A DNA stretch of 64,000 bases from NCBI GenBank assembly GCA_030529225.1, contig JAUMXH010000005.1, positions 38,790 through 102,789 of the forward strand, in the 5' to 3' direction. The DNA is from Bacillota bacterium (GTDB lineage Bacteria > Bacillota > Clostridia > Peptostreptococcales > Acidaminobacteraceae). Position 1 is the first letter of the stretch. Each line of letters begins with the position of its first letter. The position numbers and the translations under genes were made by a program. The notes below the pieces were generated by a model. The model had not been told where the DNA came from, searched no databases, and was given only the letters and a program-made list of their open reading frames with translations. Below, one piece after another: positions 33,401-41,736 of this stretch.

Positions 33401-34204
33401 CTCACCGTCACTGCGAAGAAGGTAGAGGACACAGGCTCGGACGATAGGGAGCGACACAGCATCGTGACCACGGATTCGGATGACGAGGATACCGAAACCA
33501 TCCAAGACGATCAGACTCCACTCGCCAGACTGAACAATCAGGACCACTTCGCCTACCTCTCAGGCTATCCGGACGGATCCTTCCGACCGCACGATGCCCT
33601 GACCAGAGAACAGGTCGCAGCGATCTTCTTCCGATTGCTGGACAAGGAGGACAGAGAAAAAATTCGTTCGGAACAAAACGACTTTTCAGATGTGGAAGCT
33701 CACAGATGGTCGAACAAGCACATCAGCACCTTGAGCAACGGAAAGATTTTCAGCGGCTACGCGGACGGCAGCTTCAAGCCGGAACAGTCCGTGACCAGAG
33801 CGGAACTTGCCGTCATCGCCTCTAAGTTTGACAAGCTTGAGACCGGTGCGGAGCACAAGTTTACCGACATCAAGGGACACTGGGCGGAAAAATACATCGC
33901 TTCCGCCGTGAAAAAAGGGTGGATCAACAGCTACGAAGACAATACCTTCCGACCGGAGCAAAACATCACCAGGGCTGAATTTGTAAGCTTTGTAAACAAT
34001 GTGCTCAACAGACACGTAAAATTGGAAGACATTTTGGAGCATAGCGCGGAATTTAGTGATGTAACGGAAAAGACCGTGTGGTACTACTGTCCGATCAAGT
34101 GTGCGACAAACAGCTACCTCTTTGAGGAAAGCAAGAGCACCGAGAACGCGACCGTCAAATTCCAAAAGTGGACCAAGCTCACTACACCGATCATCGAAAT
34201 GTAG
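30500..34204 (+). CDS. S-layer-homology-anchored surface protein with VWA domain and MBG/Ig-like repeats
   Basis: GTG start with AGGAGG 5 nt upstream; signal peptide; a ~100-aa E/S/A-rich acidic region; a VWA domain with MIDAS (DIVLVIDSSGSMHS); repeated KxYDG (MBG-type) modules; three C-terminal SLH motifs. Confidence 0.8.
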   Translation: MKRIFKKSLSLALSLALLFSVAPISFAENTAEAPGGTELASESEQAAETDQAAESEADTDSEQVTESEQSTEPKQGEASAEEKSESDAEASKEASPEASEKAAEESAPEALQEGESELGAEFDNEIGTVEYPEPQAFYGTLSTSKGGMQPGELSISKTATPSKDEGVWDIELSLTGKDVIQSTDIVLVIDSSGSMHSQNRMENAKKAAKNFIQKELTEKAKSYTRIAVVSFSDNARIEQNLTNDADLLNQAVEKLSASGGTHTQAGLYQAELILKDSPGNKVIILLSDGEPTYGYDVKDGYKEYTQKYILGAWETTVNLPCDLINFDFSIGNGASIREWKEGYFPRYYVNHGNVAIVLANHLREKGHQIYAVGLSLNQNAKEVMKGIGKEKYYDAESDSLNQVYDEIAGKINYAAGNAVVKDPMGSMFNIVDSGSIQITDKNGKPLPGTKISWESSDTQHPNGHYTAEIGSISEKLSPIKIKYQVKIKAGVVPGELYETNGETTVTYTDSDGKVGRVKKFDVPKAGLKAASIKVYALFVDKDDKLLKSSEADFGTAALDKQDNPLSVDFLKDEDTNSISLKIDKAYTVTAEPYITKMVGSSKKTFVLDNQIKKVSGTAANSEIETSKSPYTATFTKAGSKEIYFVYKLQEKANYKVRHVLQLADGSYDFASAVTETIEGSIGTLTQAKAKTGRDGAIDYDYFTPLAVKQKSIEADGSTEIEIRYDRNYVTLKANSDIKKYDGTKQTVEGFSADVVGEEFEDITASGSGTDAGEYTATFQEEKEKLEAKSGRKYFAKYETGKLIIEKADGLKDAFKLEINGYTGVYDGATHEPDIKGDLSELTVTHSVAKANDWKAGLPSIKDVSEQTYDIKFEHKNYLDFVAEEVLLKVTPKKASITAGSKSKVYDGIALTDNSFTTADFVTGEGVASAVIKGSIIDAGSVANVVESYELAVGTLATNYEIELINGTLTVTAKKVEDTGSDDRERHSIVTTDSDDEDTETIQDDQTPLARLNNQDHFAYLSGYPDGSFRPHDALTREQVAAIFFRLLDKEDREKIRSEQNDFSDVEAHRWSNKHISTLSNGKIFSGYADGSFKPEQSVTRAELAVIASKFDKLETGAEHKFTDIKGHWAEKYIASAVKKGWINSYEDNTFRPEQNITRAEFVSFVNNVLNRHVKLEDILEHSAEFSDVTEKTVWYYCPIKCATNSYLFEESKSTENATVKFQKWTKLTTPIIEM

Positions 34205-34274
34205 GATGCACGGATAAAGGAAGATCAAAATTCCGGTCTTAGGAATCGGAAAGCAATCAAAAAAACAATCAAAA

Positions 34275-34311
34275 AGACCTTCGCTCGACGAGTGAAGGTC
34301 TCTTTTTTTTC
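34275..34311. terminator. bidirectional intrinsic terminator between the surface-protein gene and miaA
   Basis: agaccttc–gctcgacgagt–gaaggtct hairpin flanked by aaaaa and ttttttttt. Confidence 0.6.
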
Positions 34312-34334
34312 TACCCGGCCTTTCTTCATCTTAG

Positions 34335-35219
34335 CTAAGATTCGGCAGGCGATGCCGACGGTAGCGGCAAGCGGATGACGGTCTTGTTTTCGTAGCGCCT
34401 GAACCAAGTGAGTTGGCGCTTGGCATAGCGCCTGCTGTTTCTCTTGATCAACTCCACCGCCTCGTCCAAACTGTAAGCGCCCTCCAAGTGCTCGATCAAC
34501 TCCTTGTAACCGATGGCCCTCATCGACTGGTGCTCCTTGCTCAGTCCCGCTTGCAAGAGGCCTTTCACCTCCCCTAAGAGCCCCTGCTCCATCATCTGAT
34601 CCACCCGCCTGTTGATGCGTTCGTAGAGTTCTTCACGGTCCCGCTCCAAGACGATCAGCTCGACCTCAAAGAGGCCCGGCTTTCGCTCCGCACTCGTAAA
34701 GGCCGCAGTACTTCCGGTACTCTCATAGATTTCGAGCTTTCTGGTGAGCCTTCTCTGATTGTTCCAATCGTCCCTGCTCAGGGCAATCCCCCGCTCCTCG
34801 AGCATGTCTCTGAGGACTTCCAAGCTGTAACCCGCGTACTCGCCCTTACTCTTTTCCCTGGCCTCGGCGCCGGAAAAATCCATATCGTAAATCAAACTGT
34901 GTAGATAGAGGCCGGTTCCCCCCGATACAATCGGCAACTTCCCGCGCGCGTGCAAATCCGCTATGATTCGCATCGCATCCCGCCGGTAATCAAACACCGA
35001 ATACTCGGCGTCGGGCTCCAAAAAGTCGATCAGGTGGTGCTTGGCCTTGGAACGCTCTTCCGGGCTCGGCTTGGCGCTCCCGATGTCCAGCTTTTTAAAA
35101 ATTTGAACCGAGTCCGCAGAGATGATCTCGGTATCCAGTTTCTGCGCCAGGTCTATCACAAAGTCGGTCTTCCCGACCGCGGTCGGGCCCGTCACTATCA
35201 TTAGTTTCTGTTGTTCCAT
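34335..35219 (-). CDS. miaA: tRNA dimethylallyltransferase
   Basis: P-loop IVTGPTAVGKT and IPP-transferase family features. Confidence 0.9.
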   Translation of the reverse strand: MEQQKLMIVTGPTAVGKTDFVIDLAQKLDTEIISADSVQIFKKLDIGSAKPSPEERSKAKHHLIDFLEPDAEYSVFDYRRDAMRIIADLHARGKLPIVSGGTGLYLHSLIYDMDFSGAEAREKSKGEYAGYSLEVLRDMLEERGIALSRDDWNNQRRLTRKLEIYESTGSTAAFTSAERKPGLFEVELIVLERDREELYERINRRVDQMMEQGLLGEVKGLLQAGLSKEHQSMRAIGYKELIEHLEGAYSLDEAVELIKRNSRRYAKRQLTWFRRYENKTVIRLPLPSASPAES

Positions 35220-35307
35220 GTTTCCTCATTCAAGAGAGCAAAGCATTTCCGATGGGAAACCCGCTCAAAATACAAATCCCTTTCTTCCGGGCAAGCTACA
35301 CTGCTCC

Positions 35308-37335
35308 CTACAGAACGCGCTTAAAGAGCTTGTCAAAGTCGCTCCGCTTCATCTCTATGGTCGTCGGCCTTCCGTGCGGGCAGGAATGCGGATTGTCACA
35401 GGTTTTCAGCATATTGATCAAATCCTGCATCTGGGTATGATTCAAAACATCCCCCGCTTTGATCGCCGCCTTGCAGGCCTGCATAATGATTTTATCAATA
35501 AAGTAGCGGTGATACGTCTCTCCGCCGTCCGCCCCGTACTTGTCGATCATGTCGATCAGCTCCTCGGGCAAAATCGGCTCGGAAAAGACCGGCATAGACT
35601 TGATCAGCCAGGTCTTCTCGGTCTGCCGTTCCAGTTCCACGCGCAAGGTTTGTAGGAAGTCCATCGCCCTCTCCACCCCGTCGAGTTCCAACGGGTTCGC
35701 GGTATAGACGATTGGCTCCATCAAGATCTGCTGCTCGACCTTCTTTTCCTTAAACGCCTTGTAGAAACGTTCAAAGAGGACCCTTTCGTGGGCGGCGTGC
35801 TGGTCGATAAAGTAGATGCTGTTCTTGCAGGCACAGAGCAAAAAGGTGTCAAAGACCTGGGCGATGACCTGCAGGTCATCGTAGCGCAGTTCCTGCTGCT
35901 CTTCCCGATCGGCAGCCGTCTGCTTGCTTCGCTTCAAGGCGTTCAAATAGGCTTCTTCTATGCTGTCCGCGCTCTCCCACTCCGGTGCGCGCGAACCCTT
36001 TGTCGCAATCGCTTCCCGCCTCGCTCCCGCGTTCGCCTCCGTTTCGGAATCCGCATCAGAGGCCAAAAGCTCTTCTCTCAGCCTAGGCGATGGCGCGGGT
36101 TTTCGCTCCCAATGCGGGGCCCTCCTATCGCGCTCCGCTTCTTGGCGAGGCCTCTCCTCCGGCATTGGTGCAAGCTCCGCCGCTTCTTCTTCCCGGCCGA
36201 GCAGGTCCTGAAACTCCGTCAGCTCGTCGAATTCTCCGGGTCCTTCCCGCAGCGGAACTTCAAACCGAGAAGGTTCCTCACTCGCCGGAGTCGGCTCAAC
36301 CTTGGGCGCCTCATACGAAGAGACCCTCTTCCAGTCGGCCTCCCTCGAAATCCGCCTGCCCACCAAAACATTACGAACCAGGTTAAACAGGAGGCTCTCC
36401 AAAATATCTTCCCTCTCGAACTTGACTTCCAACTTTTGCGGGTGGATGTTCACGTCCAGCATGCTCGGTTGCACCTCAATTTTGATCACATAGGCGGGAT
36501 AGCGGCGCTTCATCATCATGCCCTCATAGGCGCTCTCAATCACCTTGCCGATCCACTTGCTGTTGACCATCCTGCCGTTCACAAAGAGAAACTGTCTGGA
36601 GCGATTCCCCTTGCTGTACTGCGGGGCTGCCACAAAGCCGCTGATCCGTATGCCGCTGTTCGTCGCTTCAATCGGCAGAAGGGCCTTGGCAAAGTCGCTC
36701 TCAAAGAGGAGCTTCACCGTCTCTTCCAGACTGCCCCGCCCGGTGCTTCTGAACTCCTCACTCCCGTCGGCAATCACCGTAAAGGAAATCTCGGGATACG
36801 AGAGGGCCATGTTGGTCATCAACAGCATAATGCTCGCCTTTTCGCTCGAAGAGGATTTCAAAAACTTATACCTTGCCGGCGTGTTGTAAAAAAGGTCGGA
36901 GACGACGATGCTCGTGCCCTGCGAACAGGCCAGGTCCCTGCTCTCCTTGACCTCATCATTGTAGTAGACGATTTTTTTTCCGAGCGAGCTGTCCCTGTGC
37001 CTGCTGATCAAGGTAATCTTGGCCACCGATGAGATACTCGCCAGCGCCTCCCCGCGAAAGCCCAAAGACCGCACATTGTAAAGGTCCTCGATCGAGCGGA
37101 TCTTGCTGGTCGCGTTTCGCTCAAAGACCAGGGGCAGGTCCGATTCCTCTATGCCGCTCCCGTCATCCCTGATGCTGATGCTCTCTTTTCCGGCGTTCAC
37201 AAACTCGAGCACAATGTTCCGTGCCCCCGCGTCAATCGCATTTTCCACAAGCTCCTTGACCACCGAAGAAGGCCGTTCCACGACCTCTCCTGCGGCAATC
37301 TGGTTGCACAACGATTTGGGCAATTTTATAATCAT
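35308..37335 (-). CDS. mutL: DNA mismatch repair protein MutL
   Basis: GHKL ATPase N-terminus (ELVENAIDAGA...), a proline/acidic linker and a C-terminal dimerisation domain. Confidence 0.9.
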   Translation of the reverse strand: MIIKLPKSLCNQIAAGEVVERPSSVVKELVENAIDAGARNIVLEFVNAGKESISIRDDGSGIEESDLPLVFERNATSKIRSIEDLYNVRSLGFRGEALASISSVAKITLISRHRDSSLGKKIVYYNDEVKESRDLACSQGTSIVVSDLFYNTPARYKFLKSSSSEKASIMLLMTNMALSYPEISFTVIADGSEEFRSTGRGSLEETVKLLFESDFAKALLPIEATNSGIRISGFVAAPQYSKGNRSRQFLFVNGRMVNSKWIGKVIESAYEGMMMKRRYPAYVIKIEVQPSMLDVNIHPQKLEVKFEREDILESLLFNLVRNVLVGRRISREADWKRVSSYEAPKVEPTPASEEPSRFEVPLREGPGEFDELTEFQDLLGREEEAAELAPMPEERPRQEAERDRRAPHWERKPAPSPRLREELLASDADSETEANAGARREAIATKGSRAPEWESADSIEEAYLNALKRSKQTAADREEQQELRYDDLQVIAQVFDTFLLCACKNSIYFIDQHAAHERVLFERFYKAFKEKKVEQQILMEPIVYTANPLELDGVERAMDFLQTLRVELERQTEKTWLIKSMPVFSEPILPEELIDMIDKYGADGGETYHRYFIDKIIMQACKAAIKAGDVLNHTQMQDLINMLKTCDNPHSCPHGRPTTIEMKRSDFDKLFKRVL

Positions 37336-37418
37336 AGTCTCTTCCTCTTGTCTTCTCGCACGGCAGGACCTTTCGGCTCGCCGTTCGCGTTTTTTTCTCG
37401 CGCTTTTATTCCGCCGTT

Positions 37419-40079
37419 TTACAGCAGTTCTTTCAGGTTTTGGAGTTCAAGCAGGGCCTCCAGAGGGGTCAAGCTGTTGATATCCACGGCTTTCAAGGCG
37501 GCACGCAGCCGCTCCGCAACCTCCAAGGCCTCTCGCTGCACCTCTGTAAGGGCATTCTCCCGCTCTACTCCTGAAGCATCCTCTTGACTCTGCAAAAGCG
37601 GCTCCGCCCCATGGGCTTCCGGCACGGTACCGGCCAGCTTGGGCTTCACAATGTCCGAACTCTCCAGGTCCTTCAGGATACTCTTTGCCCTGGTGATGAC
37701 CTCCTTCGGAATCCCGGCGAGTTTTGCGACCTGCACCCCAAAACTCTTGTTCGCGCTCCCCCTCTCGAGCTTTCTCAAAAAGAGGATTTCATCATTTTTC
37801 TCAACCGCCGCGATTCGGTAATTGACGATGCCCGGCACAATCTTCTCGAGTTCGGTCATCTCGTGGTAGTGGGTCGCGTAGAGGGATCGCGCCTTGAGTT
37901 TGCTCGCGATGTACTCGGCGCTGCTCCAGGCGATGCTAAGCCCGTCATAGGTCGCCGTCCCCCTTCCGACTTCGTCCAGGATGATCAGCGATTTTGGACC
38001 CGCGTGATTCAAAATGCTCGCCAGTTCGAGCATTTCGAGCATAAAGGTACTCTGGGATTTGAAGAGGTCATCCGACGCTCCGACTCGCGTAAAAATCCTG
38101 TCCGCGAGGGCTATCTTCGCGTAGCTCGCAGGAACAAAGCAACCGATCTGGGCCATCAGCGTAATAAGCGCCACCTGCCTTAAATACGTGGACTTACCGG
38201 CCATGTTCGGCCCGGTGATAATCATGCAAACATTGTCCTCCCCGCCCAGCAGGGTATCGTTGCAGACAAAGTCCTCGCTGTTGATCACCTGCTCCACGAC
38301 CGGGTGCCTGCCGTCCTTGATCTCCGTCAGCCCCGTGTCATCGATGATCGGCTTCACATAGTTGTTTCTGTCCGCGACAAAGGCGAAGGTGCTCAAGACG
38401 TCGATGACGGCGAGCTTTTTAGAGAGCTCTCCGATTTGATCCAGATGGCCCAAAATGCGCTGCCGGAGCGATTCAAAGAGTTCAAATTCCAAGGCAAGCG
38501 CCTTATCCTTGGCGCTCAAAATGCGATTCTCCAGATCCTTCAGCTTGGGAAGGATGTAGCGCTCCCCGTTTGCCAGGGTCTGCTTGCGAATGTAGTCCTC
38601 CGGCGCCTTGTCCGCCTGCGCCTTGCTGATCTCGACATAGTAGCCGAAGACCTTGTTGTATCCGATTTTCAGCGTTTTAATGCCCAGCCTCTCGCGCTCC
38701 TCTTCCTCGATCTGATGCAGGAGGCCCTCGCTGTTGTAGAGGAGCTCATTGAGCGCATCCAGCTCGCTGTCGTAGCCGCTCTTGATAAAGGATCCGTGCC
38801 TGACGCTGAGCGGCGCATCATCTCGAATCGCCCGCTCGAGTTCCGCACAGAGCTCATCCGGGGTGTCAAAGTCCCGGTAGAGAGGATAAAGGGGGCCCGA
38901 TTCTCCGCTGATCAGTTCCCTGATATCGGGAAGCACCTTCAGCGAGGCCAGCAGGGCCAGCACATCCCGCGGGTTTAAGGTTCCCAGCACGCACTTGGTC
39001 ATCAGACGTTCAAAGTCGTAAATCTCACCCAGGCGTTCCCGAAGCTGTTTGCGAATCAGGATTTCGTGCTTCAGGTACTCGACCGCATCCAATCTTCGGC
39101 GAATCTCCTCCTCCTTTAAGAGGGGAGCAATCAGCCATTCCCGGAGCAGCCTCGCTCCCATGGAACTCATGGTCTTGTCGAGCACAAAGAGCAGGCTTCC
39201 CCTCTTTTCGCCCGAGCGCATCGATTCGGTGAGCTCCAGGTTTCTGACCGTGAAGGTATCCAAATGCATGCGGTCCTTCCCGTAGTCAACGGAGACCTGC
39301 TTGATGTGCTTCAAGTCCGTCTTCTGCGTCAGCTCCAGGTATTCGAGTAAAGAGGAGAGCGCCTCCACCGAGGCGGGCGAGTCCTCGTCTATCCCGAAGG
39401 CACTCAAAGACGAAAGCGAGAAAAAGCGCTTGATCGTGTCGACCGAAAAGGCGTGAGAGCTCCGCTTTTTTTGCTTTTTGGTCAGTAAGGGCGCGACATT
39501 CAGCGATGCGGCAAAGTCCTTGAGCAGCGGATAGAGGGGCGACTCGTCCGAGATTAAAAGTTCCTTGGGTTCCAGCAGGTAGATCGCATCGAGCACCGAC
39601 TCCGTGTCGTCCGCATCAAAGAGCTTCATTTTACAAAGGCCGGTCGAGACATCGGCATAGGCCAGGGCGATCTTGTCGTCATCTTCCGCGACCGACATCA
39701 AAAAAGAATGGATGCTCGCACTGATCATGTCGGGATCGGTCAGGGTTCCCGGGGTCAACAGTTTGGTCACGCCCCGCTTGACCAGGCCCTTGGCGTCCTT
39801 GGGGTCCTCGAGCTGGTCGCAAATCGCAACCTTTAGCCCCGCCGCAATCAATTTGGCAAGGTAGCTGTCCACCGAATGAAAAGGCACCCCGCAGAGCGGC
39901 GCCTTCTCGCCCCCGCCGGCATTTCGCTTGGTCAAGGCGATTCCTAAAACCTTACTCGCCTGAATCGCGTCCTCAAAGAACATTTCATAAAAGTCCCCGA
40001 GTCGATAAAAGAGAATATAGTCCTCATATTCTCTTTTAATCTCCATGTACTGTTTGAGCATCGGTGTTAATTCTGACAT
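37419..40079 (-). CDS. mutS: DNA mismatch repair protein MutS
   Basis: TPMLKQYMEIK N-terminus and Walker A (GPNMAGKST). The start was moved to the internal ATG at 40079. Confidence 0.9.
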   Translation of the reverse strand: MSELTPMLKQYMEIKREYEDYILFYRLGDFYEMFFEDAIQASKVLGIALTKRNAGGGEKAPLCGVPFHSVDSYLAKLIAAGLKVAICDQLEDPKDAKGLVKRGVTKLLTPGTLTDPDMISASIHSFLMSVAEDDDKIALAYADVSTGLCKMKLFDADDTESVLDAIYLLEPKELLISDESPLYPLLKDFAASLNVAPLLTKKQKKRSSHAFSVDTIKRFFSLSSLSAFGIDEDSPASVEALSSLLEYLELTQKTDLKHIKQVSVDYGKDRMHLDTFTVRNLELTESMRSGEKRGSLLFVLDKTMSSMGARLLREWLIAPLLKEEEIRRRLDAVEYLKHEILIRKQLRERLGEIYDFERLMTKCVLGTLNPRDVLALLASLKVLPDIRELISGESGPLYPLYRDFDTPDELCAELERAIRDDAPLSVRHGSFIKSGYDSELDALNELLYNSEGLLHQIEEEERERLGIKTLKIGYNKVFGYYVEISKAQADKAPEDYIRKQTLANGERYILPKLKDLENRILSAKDKALALEFELFESLRQRILGHLDQIGELSKKLAVIDVLSTFAFVADRNNYVKPIIDDTGLTEIKDGRHPVVEQVINSEDFVCNDTLLGGEDNVCMIITGPNMAGKSTYLRQVALITLMAQIGCFVPASYAKIALADRIFTRVGASDDLFKSQSTFMLEMLELASILNHAGPKSLIILDEVGRGTATYDGLSIAWSSAEYIASKLKARSLYATHYHEMTELEKIVPGIVNYRIAAVEKNDEILFLRKLERGSANKSFGVQVAKLAGIPKEVITRAKSILKDLESSDIVKPKLAGTVPEAHGAEPLLQSQEDASGVERENALTEVQREALEVAERLRAALKAVDINSLTPLEALLELQNLKELL

Positions 40080-40147
40080 CTCTTTCCTTTCTGTCTTGCG
40101 CCCATCAGGCGCCTGCACCTTCCCGCGCGGTTCCGCGCTCCGCAGGG

Positions 40148-41548
40148 CTAGTCAGCAAGTTCCCCAAAGAGTGAAAACTTCTTGGCTTCTGTAATCTTGA
40201 CATTCTTAAACTGTCCCAGGAGCTCAGGGCCGCCCAAGACGCTGACGTTTCGCATACATTCGGTCTTTCCGCTGACCACGCCGTCTTCATGGGTATCAAA
40301 GAGGACTTCCACGGTTCTGCCGTCAAAAGCCTTGTTCTTTCGGATCACCACATCCTGCTGGACCTTCAGCATGCGTTCAAAGCGCTCGTGCTTCAGTTCC
40401 TCCGGAATCTGTTCGTCAAATTTTGCGGCCGGCGTGCCTTCTCGCGGCGAGTAAATGAAGGTGAAGGCCGAATCGTACTCCACCTGATGAATCAAGTCGA
40501 TCAGTTGGTCCACGTCCTCCTCGGTCTCGCTCGGAAAGCCGATGATGATGTCGGTGGAAAGCGAAACATCGGGGATTCTCGCCCTAATTTTTTCCACCAG
40601 CGCCAAGTACGCCTCGCGCGTGTAGGTGCGGTTCATCTTCTTTAAGAGCCTGCTCGAGCCCGCCTGCACCGGCAAATGAATATAATTCGGAATCTTCTCA
40701 TGTTCCGCGATGACCTCGATCAGCTCGTCCGGAAAATCCTTGGGATGCGGCGTCATAAAGCGAAGTCTGAACTTTCCATCAATCTTACAGATTTCGCGCA
40801 AAAGGTCCGAAAAACTGTAGTCCATGTCAAAGTATCTCCCATAGGAATTTACATTTTGCCCGAGCAGGCAGACTTCTTTTACCCCGCTCTGAATCAGGCC
40901 CCTGACTTCTTCAACAATGTGCCCGGGCCTCCTGCTCTTCTCCCGCCCCCTGGTGTAGGGAACCACGCAAAAGGTGCAAAAGTTGTTGCAACCGTAGGTG
41001 ATGTTCACAAAAGCCTTGTGCGGGATGCTTCGAATCGCCTGCATGCCCTCTATGATGTCCGAGTTGTCCTCCCAGACTTCTATGATTTGAGATTCCTGCT
41101 CCAAATGCGCCTTCAGCAAATTCGGGAGTTCGTGGATGTTGTGCGTCCCGAAAACCAGGTCCACATAGGGATAAGAGCCCCTAATTTTTTTCACGATGTG
41201 ATCGCGCTGCATCATACAACCCGCCGCGGCAATCAGCACCGACTTATTCCTCTCCTTCAGAGATTTCAGCGACCCCAGGTTTCCGAAAAAGCGATTTTCC
41301 GCGTTCTCCCGAATCACACAGGTATTAAAGAGCACAAAGTCCGCGCTCCGGATATCTTTTGCCTCCTGAAAGCCCATCGCATGAAGCATGTAGGCAAAGG
41401 TCTCGGAATCCCTCTCGTTCATCTGACACCCGTAAGTTCGAATAAAATACTTGGGTTCGGTACTCGCAAAGCGCTTCCCCGACTTCACCAGTTTTCTGAC
41501 ATCGGAAACCGTCCTGTCCATATCGGACATGACGTTAATACTTTTCAT
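40148..41548 (-). CDS. miaB: tRNA-i6A37 methylthiotransferase
   Basis: UPF0004 N-terminal cysteines, radical-SAM CxxxCxxC (CNNFCTFC) and a C-terminal TRAM domain. The start is tentative. Confidence 0.75.
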   Translation of the reverse strand: MKSINVMSDMDRTVSDVRKLVKSGKRFASTEPKYFIRTYGCQMNERDSETFAYMLHAMGFQEAKDIRSADFVLFNTCVIRENAENRFFGNLGSLKSLKERNKSVLIAAAGCMMQRDHIVKKIRGSYPYVDLVFGTHNIHELPNLLKAHLEQESQIIEVWEDNSDIIEGMQAIRSIPHKAFVNITYGCNNFCTFCVVPYTRGREKSRRPGHIVEEVRGLIQSGVKEVCLLGQNVNSYGRYFDMDYSFSDLLREICKIDGKFRLRFMTPHPKDFPDELIEVIAEHEKIPNYIHLPVQAGSSRLLKKMNRTYTREAYLALVEKIRARIPDVSLSTDIIIGFPSETEEDVDQLIDLIHQVEYDSAFTFIYSPREGTPAAKFDEQIPEELKHERFERMLKVQQDVVIRKNKAFDGRTVEVLFDTHEDGVVSGKTECMRNVSVLGGPELLGQFKNVKITEAKKFSLFGELAD

Positions 41549-41682
41549 CTGTTGTTTCAATCTTCCTCCTGCCCGAATCCGCTTGTTCCGATTCGGTCTC
41601 ATTTTGATTTGTTCTGCATTAAATTATATAGCTTATCGCTTTCCATTGCAATCTTTTCCTGTCAGAGCAAATGCCGATCCCC

Positions 41683-41720
41683 AAAATAAAAGAAAGGAAC
41701 TGTTTTGACACAGTTCCTTT
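41683..41720 (-). terminator. intrinsic terminator at the distal end of the pilus operon
   Basis: 10-bp perfect stem (aaaggaactg/cagttccttt) with a T-rich tract on the minus strand, directly after the 600-aa pilin-like gene. Confidence 0.5.
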
Positions 41721-41736
41721 GCTGAACTATTACGTA

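Noticed and set aside
35788-37032. 414-aa plus-strand ORF
   Set aside because: Antisense to mutL; R/L-rich low-complexity translation.
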